Shown in pieces: positions 16,342 to 26,472 of a stretch of DNA of 61,043 bases. The DNA lies in the IMG/VR virus record IMGVR_UViG_3300025687_007811, positions 1 through 61,043 of that record. The stretch is one strand, 5' to 3'. The number at the start of each line of letters is the position of its first letter. The first letter of the stretch is position 1. Position numbers and translations under genes: made by a program. The notes beneath the pieces were generated by a model that saw only the letters and a program-made list of their open reading frames with translations, did not search any database and was not told the DNA's origin. This DNA comes from a virus. Lineage: Duplodnaviria; Caudoviricetes.

Positions 16342-16818
16342 ATGGACTACAAAGCTACCAAGAAAAACCCTCAATGGAAGTGGATTAAAAGATGGCTTGA
16401 TCTAGCTGAACACTATGCGTCTTGGTCAAAAGATCCCAGCACTAAGGTTGGTGCCGTTATTGTTGATGACAAGAACCGCTTAGTTAGTATTGGCTACAAC
16501 GGTATGCCTCAAGGATTGAAAAACGAGGACTCCTACCTAAACGACCGCGAGCTAAAGTATAAGACGATTATTCATGCCGAAATTAACGCATTGATCTTTG
16601 CCCAAAAAACCCACGCCGATCTGAGTAAGTGTACCCTATACACTTTTCCTTTCTTGCCATGCAGTAACTGCATGAGTATATTTCTGCAAAGCGGCATCAA
16701 GACGTTCATAACGCTTAAAAACGATTCAGAAAGATGGAAGGATTCATTTGAGATTAGCAGAAATCTAGCTCTTGATATGAATGACGTTTCCGTTATGGAG
16801 GTTGAATGGTATGACTAA
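16342..16818 (+). CDS. dCMP deaminase
   Basis: SKDPSTKVGA, GYNG, HAEINA, PCSNC. Confidence 0.92.
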   Translation: MDYKATKKNPQWKWIKRWLDLAEHYASWSKDPSTKVGAVIVDDKNRLVSIGYNGMPQGLKNEDSYLNDRELKYKTIIHAEINALIFAQKTHADLSKCTLYTFPFLPCSNCMSIFLQSGIKTFITLKNDSERWKDSFEISRNLALDMNDVSVMEVEWYD

Positions 16819-17017
16819 AAAGCTTTTTGAAGTTAAGTGGTCTTATGAAAAGTGGGGCATGTATATCTCTCAGGTGACGGTTGTTTATGCCGAGAACGCA
16901 ACACATGCTAAAAATCTTGTTCAGGAAGTTTATGCAAATAAGAAGGATTTTTTTATCCACGAGATACTTCAATCCGATTTGGAGATTATTTATACTTTCG
17001 AGGAGGCACCGTTTTAA
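16811..17017 (+). CDS. Hypothetical protein
   Basis: Overlapping operon ORF. Confidence 0.5.
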   Translation: MTKKLFEVKWSYEKWGMYISQVTVVYAENATHAKNLVQEVYANKKDFFIHEILQSDLEIIYTFEEAPF

Positions 17018-17379
17018 TGAAAAACATTTATGTTGTAATGGCTGCGGTTGAAACTGAAGAAGAGACTTTTCCTCCTGCTGCAATTGGGCTTTTTACATCA
17101 ATGAAGCGTGCAGACGAGTATATTGATGAATTAGAAAAATCTGATTATTGGTCTAGCTCAGTAAAGTCGGTAGTATATCATGTTGAAAAACATGAAGTGA
17201 ATAAAGGAATGATTACAAAACACAGCAAACCTTTATTTAGCCAAGATGATCTTGAACATGAAATTGAAGAATTAATCAAACGGGGTTCAGTCGAAGCACT
17301 TATTGGTGAAGACGGGAATTTTTATTATCAGTTGACAGAACAAGGACAAAAGGAACTCGAAGATGGGATGGAACTTTAG
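17017..17379 (+). CDS. Hypothetical protein
   Basis: TAATG-coupled ORF. Confidence 0.65.
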   Translation: MKNIYVVMAAVETEEETFPPAAIGLFTSMKRADEYIDELEKSDYWSSSVKSVVYHVEKHEVNKGMITKHSKPLFSQDDLEHEIEELIKRGSVEALIGEDGNFYYQLTEQGQKELEDGMEL

Positions 17380-17458
17380 TCAATTTGAAGATCTAAGAAA
17401 TAGGTTTCCAGAAATGGGTGAACCAAAAATCCAACTTAGGTATTCAATAAGTTAGTTT

Positions 17459-17530
17459 GCCGACATAGTATAGTGGCATTATGAAACATTGGTACTGTTT
17501 AGACGGTGAGTTCGATTCTCCCTGTTGGCT
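17459..17530 (+). tRNA. tRNA-Thr(GGU)
   Basis: aaaca-ttggtac-tgttt. Confidence 0.85.
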
Positions 17531-17707
17531 TTTTTAGGAGTAAAATAATGAGTCATTATGGATACTGTCCCATTTGTAGAGCACCCGGATGTAAAAGAGA
17601 ACGAAGACTGAATGGAAATGATAAGTGCGAAAATGGTCATATTTATCCTTCGAAAGAACGACTAAATAAACCAATAAACAAAAGGCAATAGAAAATGAGG
17701 ATTAAAT

Positions 17708-18187
17708 ATGATAATCGCAGGAACTGGACATAGACCAAAGTATTGTCCGTGTAAGTACAAAGAAGATCATCCTTGGTTGATTGAGCTAAAAAGTCGTTTA
17801 AATCAGCAGTTGAGGTCTTACGATTTCGATTCTGTAATCAGCGGAATGGCTCTTGGGTGGGATTTGTGGCTCGCAGAAGAGGCAATGAAAGTTGGAATCC
17901 CCGTCTGTGCATACGTACCTTTTGAGGGGCAGGGAGAAGCTTGGCCAACAAAATCTCGGGAAAGGTACAAAAAAGTCCTTGACAAATGCGAAACAGTTTT
18001 GTATCTTAGCACTGACTACCACGAAAGAGTTTTTCTTGATCGTGACGACAAGATGATCGAGGATTGTGATACAGTTTTCGCCCTTTACAATCCAGTTGTT
18101 AAAAGCGGCGGAACTTATTATACGTACAAAAAGGCATTGAAGTCAAAAAAGAATGTTATAAACTTTTGGTATGAGGATGACAAATGA
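17708..18187 (+). CDS. SLOG family (YspA/DUF1273-like) protein
   Basis: GTGHRP, ISGMALGWD, GGTYYT. Confidence 0.85.
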   Translation: MIIAGTGHRPKYCPCKYKEDHPWLIELKSRLNQQLRSYDFDSVISGMALGWDLWLAEEAMKVGIPVCAYVPFEGQGEAWPTKSRERYKKVLDKCETVLYLSTDYHERVFLDRDDKMIEDCDTVFALYNPVVKSGGTYYTYKKALKSKKNVINFWYEDDK

Positions 18188-18205
18188 AAGACCTAGAGAA
18201 TTGGA

Positions 18206-18448
18206 GTGGTTACTATGAAACTGAGTGAATACATTTCTGAGCTACAAGAATTTCTAAAAGAGCATGGAGATATTGAGTGCTATTATGCGTCTGATGACGA
18301 AGGAAACAGCTATCAAAGTGTTGGATATGCTGGATCACTTATGTATAAAATGATGGACGACAACGACTATCATCCAAGTCTATACTGCGAAGAAGATTTG
18401 GAAGAATATGAAGACGACGAATTTGAAAAGGTTTGTGTGGTGAATTAA
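18206..18448 (+). CDS. Hypothetical acidic protein
   Basis: DDEGNSY motif. Confidence 0.6.
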   Translation: MVTMKLSEYISELQEFLKEHGDIECYYASDDEGNSYQSVGYAGSLMYKMMDDNDYHPSLYCEEDLEEYEDDEFEKVCVVN

Positions 18449-18823
18449 ATGGTAACAATAAAATCTTTTTCAAACGAAATGTTGTCTGCTGGAGACCCAT
18501 TATCATTTATCGGTTATGCCAATGGATGTATAGAGGTTGCTAAGTACAATGGCTCTAACTATATTGGTATTTCGAACTGTAATATTGTAAAACTAGATCT
18601 AACTAAGAGTCCACCGCGACATAATGAGGTTTCTGTTGGTAGCTTCATTTTTGCTATTAGAAGTGGAACTGTTTTCATTCCGTCTCTAAAAGGTGAGATG
18701 TTACAATATATTCAACCAACAGAAGGTAGTCAAAATTGGAAAGTAACGTATGGGAGAAAAAAGAGGTCTATTGGACAAATCATAGACGTTCGTGAAAATG
18801 GATGTAGAGTTCATCTGTTATAG
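18449..18823 (+). CDS. Hypothetical protein
   Basis: Abutting ORF. Confidence 0.55.
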   Translation: MVTIKSFSNEMLSAGDPLSFIGYANGCIEVAKYNGSNYIGISNCNIVKLDLTKSPPRHNEVSVGSFIFAIRSGTVFIPSLKGEMLQYIQPTEGSQNWKVTYGRKKRSIGQIIDVRENGCRVHLL

Positions 18824-18831
18824 TTATGTTT

Positions 18832-18903
18832 GGCCTGCCCGGTGGATTCCGGCATCGAGTCTACGAAACTTGAATGGGTTGGGTTCGATTCCCCCGTGGG
18901 CTA
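18832..18903 (+). tRNA. tRNA-Arg(ACG)
   Basis: cgagt-ctacgaa-acttg. Confidence 0.8.
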
Positions 18904-18905
18904 CT

Positions 18906-18992
18906 CAGTTTGAGTCCGATACTGGTTTAGCGGAGCAAGTCTGTGAAATTTGTGGTGTAAAAGCCTTGCGGGTTCGATTCCCGTCAAACTGC
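18906..18992 (+). tRNA. tRNA-His(GUG) with long variable arm, no encoded G-1
   Basis: caagt-ctgtgaa-atttg; cagtttg/caaactg; C73; T at -1. Confidence 0.8.
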
Positions 18993-19001
18993 TTGAATAG
19001 A

Positions 19002-19072
19002 TAGCGTGGCTGCTGGATGCAGGCAGAGGTCTCTGAAACCTCTCGCTTTGGGTTCGATTCCCTAACACGCTA
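19002..19072 (+). tRNA. tRNA-Gln(CUG)
   Basis: gaggt-ctctgaa-acctc. Confidence 0.78.
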
Positions 19073-19094
19073 CTTTTTTTTGAAAGGAAGTATC

Positions 19095-20024
19095 GTGAAA
19101 ATAGCATACTCTTTGTGCGGTGAAGGACTGGGGCATTGTACCAGAGCCATAGCACTTATGGAGTCATTACCTGCCGACTATACATTCTATACGTATGGTG
19201 ATGCGTATGAGTATATGAGCCTGTTAGGTTATGATGTCCGTAATATAAACGGGTTAAGTTTTCATTTTGATAAAAACGGAAACATTAATAACCTAAAAAC
19301 CGCAATATCTGGAGCTAAATTTCTTTCAAAAAACAGGCCGGAAATGAGTGGGAGACCGGATCTTTGTATTTCGGATTGGGAACCCACCATCTATAGGTTT
19401 GCAAAATCAATAAATGTTCCGTGCATCAGTATTACGTCGCAGCACAAGTTTAGATTCCATAAAGGAATAGCAAACTACAAAATGTATTCTATAGGTATGA
19501 GTCTACTTTGTAGATTATTCCGTGCCGATCATTATGTGGTATCATCTTTTCAGTATGGACTGGTTAAACAGCTAGACAACGTAACTCCGGTATATGGATT
19601 CATAAATAGTAAAATACAAGAAAAAGAAAAAGATCCGCAAGTTTTAGTGGTTTATTCAAAACACCCGCGAATAACAACTGAAATAAAAAGAAGATTCTCA
19701 AAAGCTTATGATGATATTCGGGTCTTTACGGGATCTAGTGATTTTTATGACCACCTATGTATTGCTGATAGGGTTGCCTCAACATCCGGCTGTCAATTGA
19801 TCTCAGAGTGTGGTCACTTAGGAACTCCGCTACATCTATTTCCAATATTCAAACAGTACGAACAAATCATAAATGCTATTGACGCGGAAAAATTCGGAAT
19901 AGCAAAGTACGAAAAATTCGGAGATAAGATCTACACAAAGAAAACGCTACCAAACATGGGTAAACCATTTCATTTAGAGAATGGTATAAATAAAACAGTT
20001 GAAATTGTTAGGGCGTTCTTATGA
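19095..20024 (+). CDS. GT-B glycosyltransferase (MJ1255-like)
   Basis: GEGLGHCTR, ISDWEP, QYEQ..NA. Confidence 0.82.
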   Translation: MKIAYSLCGEGLGHCTRAIALMESLPADYTFYTYGDAYEYMSLLGYDVRNINGLSFHFDKNGNINNLKTAISGAKFLSKNRPEMSGRPDLCISDWEPTIYRFAKSINVPCISITSQHKFRFHKGIANYKMYSIGMSLLCRLFRADHYVVSSFQYGLVKQLDNVTPVYGFINSKIQEKEKDPQVLVVYSKHPRITTEIKRRFSKAYDDIRVFTGSSDFYDHLCIADRVASTSGCQLISECGHLGTPLHLFPIFKQYEQIINAIDAEKFGIAKYEKFGDKIYTKKTLPNMGKPFHLENGINKTVEIVRAFL

Positions 20025-20716
20025 AGAAACATAAAATCAAAAGCCTGTTTATATCTGACATACATATAGGGTGTGGTCACAATAATATAAGCAGCGTTTT
20101 AAGTGTGCTCAATCACTACAAGTATGATAATCTTTATCTTCTTGGTGACATAGTGGATGGATGGAGACTGAGAAAAAAGTGGCGATGGAAACCAGAATAC
20201 GGGGACTTTATAGAAAAACTAACGGAACTAAAAGCGGACGGCGTAAATGTTGTATACATAACCGGAAATCATGATGATTTTTTAAGAAAGTTTTGCCCGC
20301 TTGAATTAAATCTTTGCACCATAAAAAACGAACACATTAGAGACGGAATCTTAATGATTCACGGGGATATCTTTGATAGGTATATCTACAACAAAAAATG
20401 GATCTACTTTTTCGGGGATTTTGCATACAATATCTTGATTTTTGGCGACCGACTTCTTAGAATGGGTGGAACGGTTTCGAAAAGAATCAAGAAGATAGTA
20501 AAGTCAAAAGTAAACTATCTGAACGACTTCTATTCCGCCGCAAACGCATACACTAAATCAAAAAAGTGCCACACACTAATCTGTGGACACACTCACATGC
20601 AGGAATATCGGGAACTAAAGGACATAAAGTATTTTAACTGCGGCGATTTTAGAGAAGATGCGGAATACATAATAGAAACAGAAAACGGAAATTTACTGAC
20701 TTTAAGGTGGAAGTGA
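20021..20716 (+). CDS. LpxH-like metallophosphoesterase (UDP-2,3-diacylglucosamine hydrolase family)
   Basis: ISDIHIG, GDIVDGW, GNHD, HGD, GHTH. Confidence 0.85.
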   Translation: MKKHKIKSLFISDIHIGCGHNNISSVLSVLNHYKYDNLYLLGDIVDGWRLRKKWRWKPEYGDFIEKLTELKADGVNVVYITGNHDDFLRKFCPLELNLCTIKNEHIRDGILMIHGDIFDRYIYNKKWIYFFGDFAYNILIFGDRLLRMGGTVSKRIKKIVKSKVNYLNDFYSAANAYTKSKKCHTLICGHTHMQEYRELKDIKYFNCGDFREDAEYIIETENGNLLTLRWK

Positions 20717-20934
20717 TGTTTGAGCTAAATAGACAATACAGATGTAAGAGAAGCGGAGCGGTTGGAACCTGCATCATTATCCTTGGAGGGTCTAGCGAAG
20801 GAAAGGCTCTTATTACCGATCCTGTAGCAACCAAGGAAGAAAGATTGAGGGTTGCAAAGCTTTCTCCCCATTTGGATCAAGAAAAAGTAAATATATCAAT
20901 GGTGCGGGACTTCGATCAGGTCGAGCCGATTTAA
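20707..20934 (+). CDS. Hypothetical protein
   Basis: Operon ORF. Confidence 0.5.
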   Translation: MEVMFELNRQYRCKRSGAVGTCIIILGGSSEGKALITDPVATKEERLRVAKLSPHLDQEKVNISMVRDFDQVEPI

Positions 20935-20947
20935 AAAATCTCAACCC

Positions 20948-20982
20948 AAGCCCCTTGACAACAGGGGCTTTTTTAGTATGAT
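20948..20982 (+). promoter_or_regulatory. Terminator hairpin overlapping a sigma70 promoter
   Basis: aagcccct-tgacaac-aggggctt-tttt; TTGACA(20955)-16 bp-TATGAT(20977). Confidence 0.72.
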
Positions 20983-20988
20983 GAAATC

Positions 20989-21411
20989 ATGAAAAACATA
21001 GACAAGTCAATCGAAATTGCGAGAGCAATGTTTCCGGGAGAGTATGACAGTGAGTACGGTTATCGTACTTACCATTTTGCTTTCTTGTGGAGACGTAATA
21101 ATTTGCGATCTGTTGGGGTTAATGATCCGTCTAACAAGTCTATTAAGGCAATCAACTTTGCCCACAAGTTTAGAGTTAGTGGGCTGATTAGGTTTCCTTA
21201 TCTTCACGCCGAAGTTGATGCCATTTCGAAGCTTTGGGGTAGAGAAAAGGTAGACTCGTCGCTGACGATGATTGTTATTCGCCTGAATAAGTACATGCAG
21301 CTAATGCCGAGTAAGCCATGCTGTAAGTGTCATAAGATTATTGAGAGTCTTGGTCTAACTAGTAAGCTTTATTATTCTGTAAATGAGGACATTGTAAGAT
21401 ATGCTATTTGA
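20989..21411 (+). CDS. Cytidine deaminase-like protein
   Basis: HAEVDAI...SKPCCKC. Confidence 0.8.
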   Translation: MKNIDKSIEIARAMFPGEYDSEYGYRTYHFAFLWRRNNLRSVGVNDPSNKSIKAINFAHKFRVSGLIRFPYLHAEVDAISKLWGREKVDSSLTMIVIRLNKYMQLMPSKPCCKCHKIIESLGLTSKLYYSVNEDIVRYAI

Positions 21412-22813
21412 CATTGAGTTTACTGATAGAGAAAATGGTTTCACTATTACAAACAAAAATGGTGGAGCTAGTATTACTCTTACATTCGATGACTATGGAG
21501 TGAGTGTACCTACATCTAGTCATTTTTCATATTCTGATTACATGAACTTATATTTAAGGTGTTGTGATACCCTGATTTACGATAAGTATCGACAACCTCT
21601 TAAATTTGAGAAAGCTGAAAAGGCTTGTAGGGCGTTTTATGAGAAAATGTATAGTAAAAATCCGTTTTATCAATATGATGGTTATCAATATCGATATGTC
21701 GGTAAAATTAAACAATGGATGGTTAAAAAATGCGGACAAGCAATGAATAAAGGGTTCGTTGAACGCTGGCATAGATATATGGACAAATGTGCCAATCCGC
21801 TCATAAGACAGGCACAAAAAAGACTGGTAAATATTCTTGGTTTTCGACATGATGTTGACATTCGTGAGTTAATGGCGATATTTAATAAATTTCCGTATTT
21901 TCAGAAGGATTTTTTCAAGTATAACGCCTGTGCTTATTTGTTGTGTAAGGATATCGTTCCACTTTCTCGTTATCAGGTTCTTCAGCAGTCGAAAGATTTA
22001 GACTTTAACAACTGGATGAATGATTTTTACCATTGTAATCAGTACAACAAAAACTACCGTAAAACAATTATGAACCTTCCAACAAGGCTAGGATTGAATT
22101 TTTACTGGCAGATGATTCCGTCTGGCACCACAGATGCATCTATTGACTTCGTTAACAAAAAAATGAATAGACCACTTGAAAAACGTTCTGAGGTTGTTTT
22201 CTTTTTTCTTGGGGTCCAGTCAAGGACTTACAGGAGTTGTACAAATGTTATACTTCAATCAAAACATGCGGAAATTGCAAAGGTTGCAAAGTTTATGCGT
22301 GGGAACGGATTTGAATTTTCATTAAACTCATTGACAAAAATAAATAATCTATTCGCCTATTTAAATGATTATCCAGAAACATACAATGGTGATCTAATGG
22401 GGTTGGCTAGACGTAGTTTGGATTGGCACAATAATCACAATTACTATTATAGTTCATCACGTCAATATTCGCCAGAAACCAAACTGCCAACTCCACCTTG
22501 GGGTGATTTAGAGGATGAAAACATTGTGTATCTCTCCACGGTTGGAGATTTGCAAGCTGAATCAAAAAAGATGCATCACTGTGTTTCATCTTATGACAGT
22601 CGATGTATCCAAGGACATTCGTTCATTTATCACGTAAAAAAGGATAAAGAAAAAGCAACAATTGAGGTTAATCCAGAAGGACGTATTGTGCAGGCCCAAG
22701 GTCCATGCAATAAGCCAAACAATGCCGCCAAGTGGGGTAAACGACGTATTCAAAGCTTGTTAAAGAAAAAAGAATTCGATATTATTGAACCACTAACCCA
22801 AATTCCATTTTAA
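21401..22813 (+). CDS. PcfJ-like domain protein
   Basis: C-terminal L..ESKKMHHCVSSY...ATIEV...Q..G.CN. Confidence 0.8.
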   Translation: MLFDIEFTDRENGFTITNKNGGASITLTFDDYGVSVPTSSHFSYSDYMNLYLRCCDTLIYDKYRQPLKFEKAEKACRAFYEKMYSKNPFYQYDGYQYRYVGKIKQWMVKKCGQAMNKGFVERWHRYMDKCANPLIRQAQKRLVNILGFRHDVDIRELMAIFNKFPYFQKDFFKYNACAYLLCKDIVPLSRYQVLQQSKDLDFNNWMNDFYHCNQYNKNYRKTIMNLPTRLGLNFYWQMIPSGTTDASIDFVNKKMNRPLEKRSEVVFFFLGVQSRTYRSCTNVILQSKHAEIAKVAKFMRGNGFEFSLNSLTKINNLFAYLNDYPETYNGDLMGLARRSLDWHNNHNYYYSSSRQYSPETKLPTPPWGDLEDENIVYLSTVGDLQAESKKMHHCVSSYDSRCIQGHSFIYHVKKDKEKATIEVNPEGRIVQAQGPCNKPNNAAKWGKRRIQSLLKKKEFDIIEPLTQIPF

Positions 22814-22986
22814 GGACTTATTATGATCTTACAAATTTGCGGACTAACTTGTGTTTTCTTGTCACTAATCTGTGCCTATTATTCCAAAATGTGCTATGAT
22901 TATGGCCGCTCAAAGGCTAGTTCAAGGCTTATGGTGACTGGTTTTATTCTTGCCGTTATTGCCTCTATTGTAGGGATTTTAACATA

Positions 22987-23868
22987 ATGCCATCTTTGAC
23001 TCAAGAACTTATGTCTCAAAAAGTTGTTGACGCACCAAGCTTTCTTAAAAACAACGTCATGTACGAATGTTATATGGGAAGTGTTGCATATGGTGTGTCT
23101 GGCGACATGTCTGATATCGACGTATACGGTTTTGCTATTCCGTCTAAAGAATGTCTATTTCCGCATCTTTATGGATACATTCATGGTTTTGGTCCTAATC
23201 CGCCAAAATTCGATCAATACATAAAGCACGGAATTCAATACAAAGAAAAAGAGTATGACATTACAATATACAACATCGTAAAATACTTTAATCTTGTTGC
23301 TGGCGGAAATCCAAATATGATTGACTCTGTGTTTGTTCCATACAATATGATCAGACATAGTACCCGAGTTGGTGAAATGGTCAGAGAGAATAGACATATG
23401 TTTTTGAGCAAACTATGCTATCCAGCCTTTAAGGGGTATGCCTATCGTCAGCTTCATAAAGCCAAGCATAAAAAGCCCGAACCGTGTAGCAAAAGATACG
23501 AATCTTATATGACTCATGGATTCGACGTTAAGTATGCCTATCACCTTATTAGGCTTATTGATGAAATTGATCAGATTCTAAGCACCGAAGACCTAGATCT
23601 CCAAAGAAATCGCGAAGAACTTAAAGCTATTCGTCGTGGAGATCTTACGCTGCAAGAAATCGAAAATCTTGCAGAAATTAGGGAAACTAGGCTTGAAAAG
23701 CTGTTTGCAAATAGTAAAATGCGGGAGAAGCCGGATTATGAAGCACTTAAAAACCTTCTAATGCGGTGTATCGAAGAGCATTATGGAAAAATCGATAACG
23801 CTATTGTCAATCCAGACAAATACTTCAAAATGGTCCAAGAGATTAGAAAGATTGTCGATGCACACTAA
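22987..23868 (+). CDS. RlaP/YcgL-type Pol-beta nucleotidyltransferase
   Basis: GSVAYG...SDID.YG, GNPNM, GYA..Q, K.AYHLIRL. Confidence 0.88.
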   Translation: MPSLTQELMSQKVVDAPSFLKNNVMYECYMGSVAYGVSGDMSDIDVYGFAIPSKECLFPHLYGYIHGFGPNPPKFDQYIKHGIQYKEKEYDITIYNIVKYFNLVAGGNPNMIDSVFVPYNMIRHSTRVGEMVRENRHMFLSKLCYPAFKGYAYRQLHKAKHKKPEPCSKRYESYMTHGFDVKYAYHLIRLIDEIDQILSTEDLDLQRNREELKAIRRGDLTLQEIENLAEIRETRLEKLFANSKMREKPDYEALKNLLMRCIEEHYGKIDNAIVNPDKYFKMVQEIRKIVDAH

Positions 23869-24274
23869 GCACACAACTTCGTTTACGGTCTATCCAGAAG
23901 ACTGCAATTATATGACGGCATCTGATACCAATAGACCAATGGTTCATGGTGGATATATGCTTATGCGGATGGATCGGGTTGCAGCGGAATGTGCTCGCAG
24001 AGCACTTTATTCAAGCGTGTGCGATTCCGCACTAACCGTAAAGGTAGAAGGTGTGACTTTTTATGTAGGTGCTTCTCTTGGTGACATTATTTTTCTTGAA
24101 GCCGAATTAACGAAAGTTGGTATTAAATCAATGAACATTAATGTTGTTGGGTTCAGAGAAGATTCTAGCGGTAAAAAAGAAAAAATCTGTGATGGAACGT
24201 TTGTTTTTGTGTCTAAGTATGGAGACAAGACGTTTCCACACGGACTCAAAATAACAAAGGAACAAGAAAAATGA
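23858..24274 (+). CDS. Hotdog-fold acyl-CoA thioesterase
   Basis: P.DCN...VHGG.ML..MD. Confidence 0.85.
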   Translation: MHTKHTTSFTVYPEDCNYMTASDTNRPMVHGGYMLMRMDRVAAECARRALYSSVCDSALTVKVEGVTFYVGASLGDIIFLEAELTKVGIKSMNINVVGFREDSSGKKEKICDGTFVFVSKYGDKTFPHGLKITKEQEK

Positions 24275-24987
24275 AAAATAGAAACCACGCCGGAAAAGCG
24301 GCTAGAGAAGTAGTTGGTCGTTATGACGACGACGTTACGAGAAAAAGAGATAAGATTAAAGCGGTTGATGAAGATGCACCAACTCGTGAAAAAATGAAGC
24401 CGAATTATAGCTGGAAATATACATCAACCAGACTTTGGGGAGTTATGTCTAACTTCCTTGACTCTCGTGTTGGTCGTCGCTGGGATAACGTTTACTCAGA
24501 GATCAACGCAAAGTTTACAACGGAAATTCGTAAGCAGGGGCATTCTTCTAACAAAGAGTTTCTTTCAAACTATGTTGAAGAGAATATCATCATCAACGAC
24601 GAAGGTGAAATTTTCGATAGTAGAGGAATGCGGATCGATAGAGGGTTTTGGGTACAGTTTTATGTTGACAAAGAGGGGATTCTCCAAAAGGTTTCAAAAA
24701 TTCGAACGAATTACAGCAAACCAAAACATGGAGCAAACCTTAAAACAATTGATGGGACCGACTTCTTCTTTCACGACGAATTGTGGTGGAGAGTTAGATT
24801 GCGAAAACTGCCAGAACGCAAAAGTCTCGGAAGGGGGAGTTACGGCGGTTTTCAGGATGACGTTTTTTTTGGCCCGATTTATCGCCACGCCGACTACTTT
24901 TTTGTTGACAAGTACGGGAAGCCTTGTTATGCTGAGTGGAAACAGCAGGCAAATTCAAAGGAAATCAAGAAACTGAAAGGAAAGTAA
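24271..24987 (+). CDS. Conserved hypothetical protein
   Basis: FLDSRVGRRWDNVYSEI and FYVDKEGIL motifs, which I associate with RNA-repair neighbourhoods. Confidence 0.7.
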   Translation: MKNRNHAGKAAREVVGRYDDDVTRKRDKIKAVDEDAPTREKMKPNYSWKYTSTRLWGVMSNFLDSRVGRRWDNVYSEINAKFTTEIRKQGHSSNKEFLSNYVEENIIINDEGEIFDSRGMRIDRGFWVQFYVDKEGILQKVSKIRTNYSKPKHGANLKTIDGTDFFFHDELWWRVRLRKLPERKSLGRGSYGGFQDDVFFGPIYRHADYFFVDKYGKPCYAEWKQQANSKEIKKLKGK

Positions 24988-26313
24988 ATGGTTGGAAAGG
25001 TTACACTGAGTATTGCGTTGGTATTTTTGGCAATGGTTTTTGATAGTGTCGTTACTAATCAGGTTTTGCCACAGTATCAAGAGGAAGTGGGTGTGAATCA
25101 ACTACACTCAAATGAGGTAGCGGCTTTGACACGTAGTGATGATTGGTTGCAGCATGTTCCTGTATTGGGATATCTTGTTGCTTTTGTTGGGATTTTTCTT
25201 TTGTTTAGGAGGTCGTTGATGGGATTGTTGAAAAGTGTTGGTATTCTTGGGATTGTTCTGTTTATGAGTGGTTGTCGGCCATATATGGAACCAATCTATG
25301 TGGAGATTGACACAAACGAAGTACCATTTGTTATGAATCTTGAAGAAGTTACTGATACAGATAGTCAGGAAAGTATCACAACGCAAGACAAACAAGAAAT
25401 GTTGAAGAAGCAGTTGGTACAATCTCGACGCATTGAGATCGGTCAAAAGTGGAAGAGTACAGGTCGAATGTGGTTCAGCGGCGAATACATTCCAAATCAG
25501 CGAGTAGTTGTAGTTAATACAACTCCTGAAACACGAGAGTGGCGACCAAGTAACGCAAAGGGTACTGGTGGAGATCAGGGGATTTGGGTAGAGTCTAGTG
25601 ATTCGGTTGGCTTTTCTACGGGAATTAGTGTAACGGCCAGAATTGAGGACTTTGATGCATCAGTGCTATTCCTTAGTAATTACGCCCCTCAAGAACGTAG
25701 GGTTGTAAACAAAGCGGGCAGTCAAGAAAAACTTTTCGAAGTCCATGTAACAAGTCTTGAACAGATTATGGATCAGGAGATCCGAACAAAGGTTCAAGAG
25801 ATTTTTGCGGATGAAGCGGCTAAGTACCCAATGGATGAACTACGAACTATGAAGAATGAGATTATGGCCACTGTCCGTAAAGAAGTCGTACCATATTTCG
25901 AAGAACGCGGAGTTAGTATTACAACCATTGGACAGTTTGGTGGATTTACTTATGAGAATCCACGTATCCAAGAGGCGATTGATGAAGTGTTTGCGGCTCA
26001 GCAGGATGAGGAAGTCGCTAAGGCTGAAGCAAAGGCGGCAGAACAGCGTAAGTCTGCCCTACAGCTTGAAGGTGAAGGTGAAGCCGCTAAGATTCTTGAG
26101 GCACGTCGTGGAGAAGCTGAAGGTATCAAGCTTGTAGCAGACGCCAAAGAGTACGAGCTACAGAAGCTGAACGAAAATCCAGAAGCGTATATTAAGCTTA
26201 AACAGCTTGAATTGCTAAGCGAAGTTGTTGAGAAGTGGCAGGGTGAAGTACCACGGGCAATCTTTGGTGGACAAGCTGAACTGCTTGTAAATCCAGAAAG
26301 CTTGTTGAAATGA
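24988..26313 (+). CDS. SPFH/Band-7 domain membrane protein
   Basis: N-terminal TM helices, SPFH core, AEA-rich coiled coil, EKWQG.VP end. Confidence 0.85.
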   Translation: MVGKVTLSIALVFLAMVFDSVVTNQVLPQYQEEVGVNQLHSNEVAALTRSDDWLQHVPVLGYLVAFVGIFLLFRRSLMGLLKSVGILGIVLFMSGCRPYMEPIYVEIDTNEVPFVMNLEEVTDTDSQESITTQDKQEMLKKQLVQSRRIEIGQKWKSTGRMWFSGEYIPNQRVVVVNTTPETREWRPSNAKGTGGDQGIWVESSDSVGFSTGISVTARIEDFDASVLFLSNYAPQERRVVNKAGSQEKLFEVHVTSLEQIMDQEIRTKVQEIFADEAAKYPMDELRTMKNEIMATVRKEVVPYFEERGVSITTIGQFGGFTYENPRIQEAIDEVFAAQQDEEVAKAEAKAAEQRKSALQLEGEGEAAKILEARRGEAEGIKLVADAKEYELQKLNENPEAYIKLKQLELLSEVVEKWQGEVPRAIFGGQAELLVNPESLLK

Positions 26314-26326
26314 TACGATAGTGTTA

Positions 26327-26430
26327 AAGAGGGTGATGGATAAAGACGGTGAACGTAACACAATAAGGTGCAATGGTCGCTACCATCCTGAGTCGGATGC
26401 CTGATGCGGGTTCAAGTCCCGCCCCTCTTT
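26327..26430 (+). ncRNA. tRNA-like RNA directly after the Band-7 gene
   Basis: aagaggg/ccctctt acceptor-like stem and gcggg-ttcaagt-cccgc T arm; no canonical D or anticodon arm. Confidence 0.6.
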
Positions 26431-26472
26431 TTTAGAAAAAAATCAACAATAGTCACTCGTTGTGACTATAAT

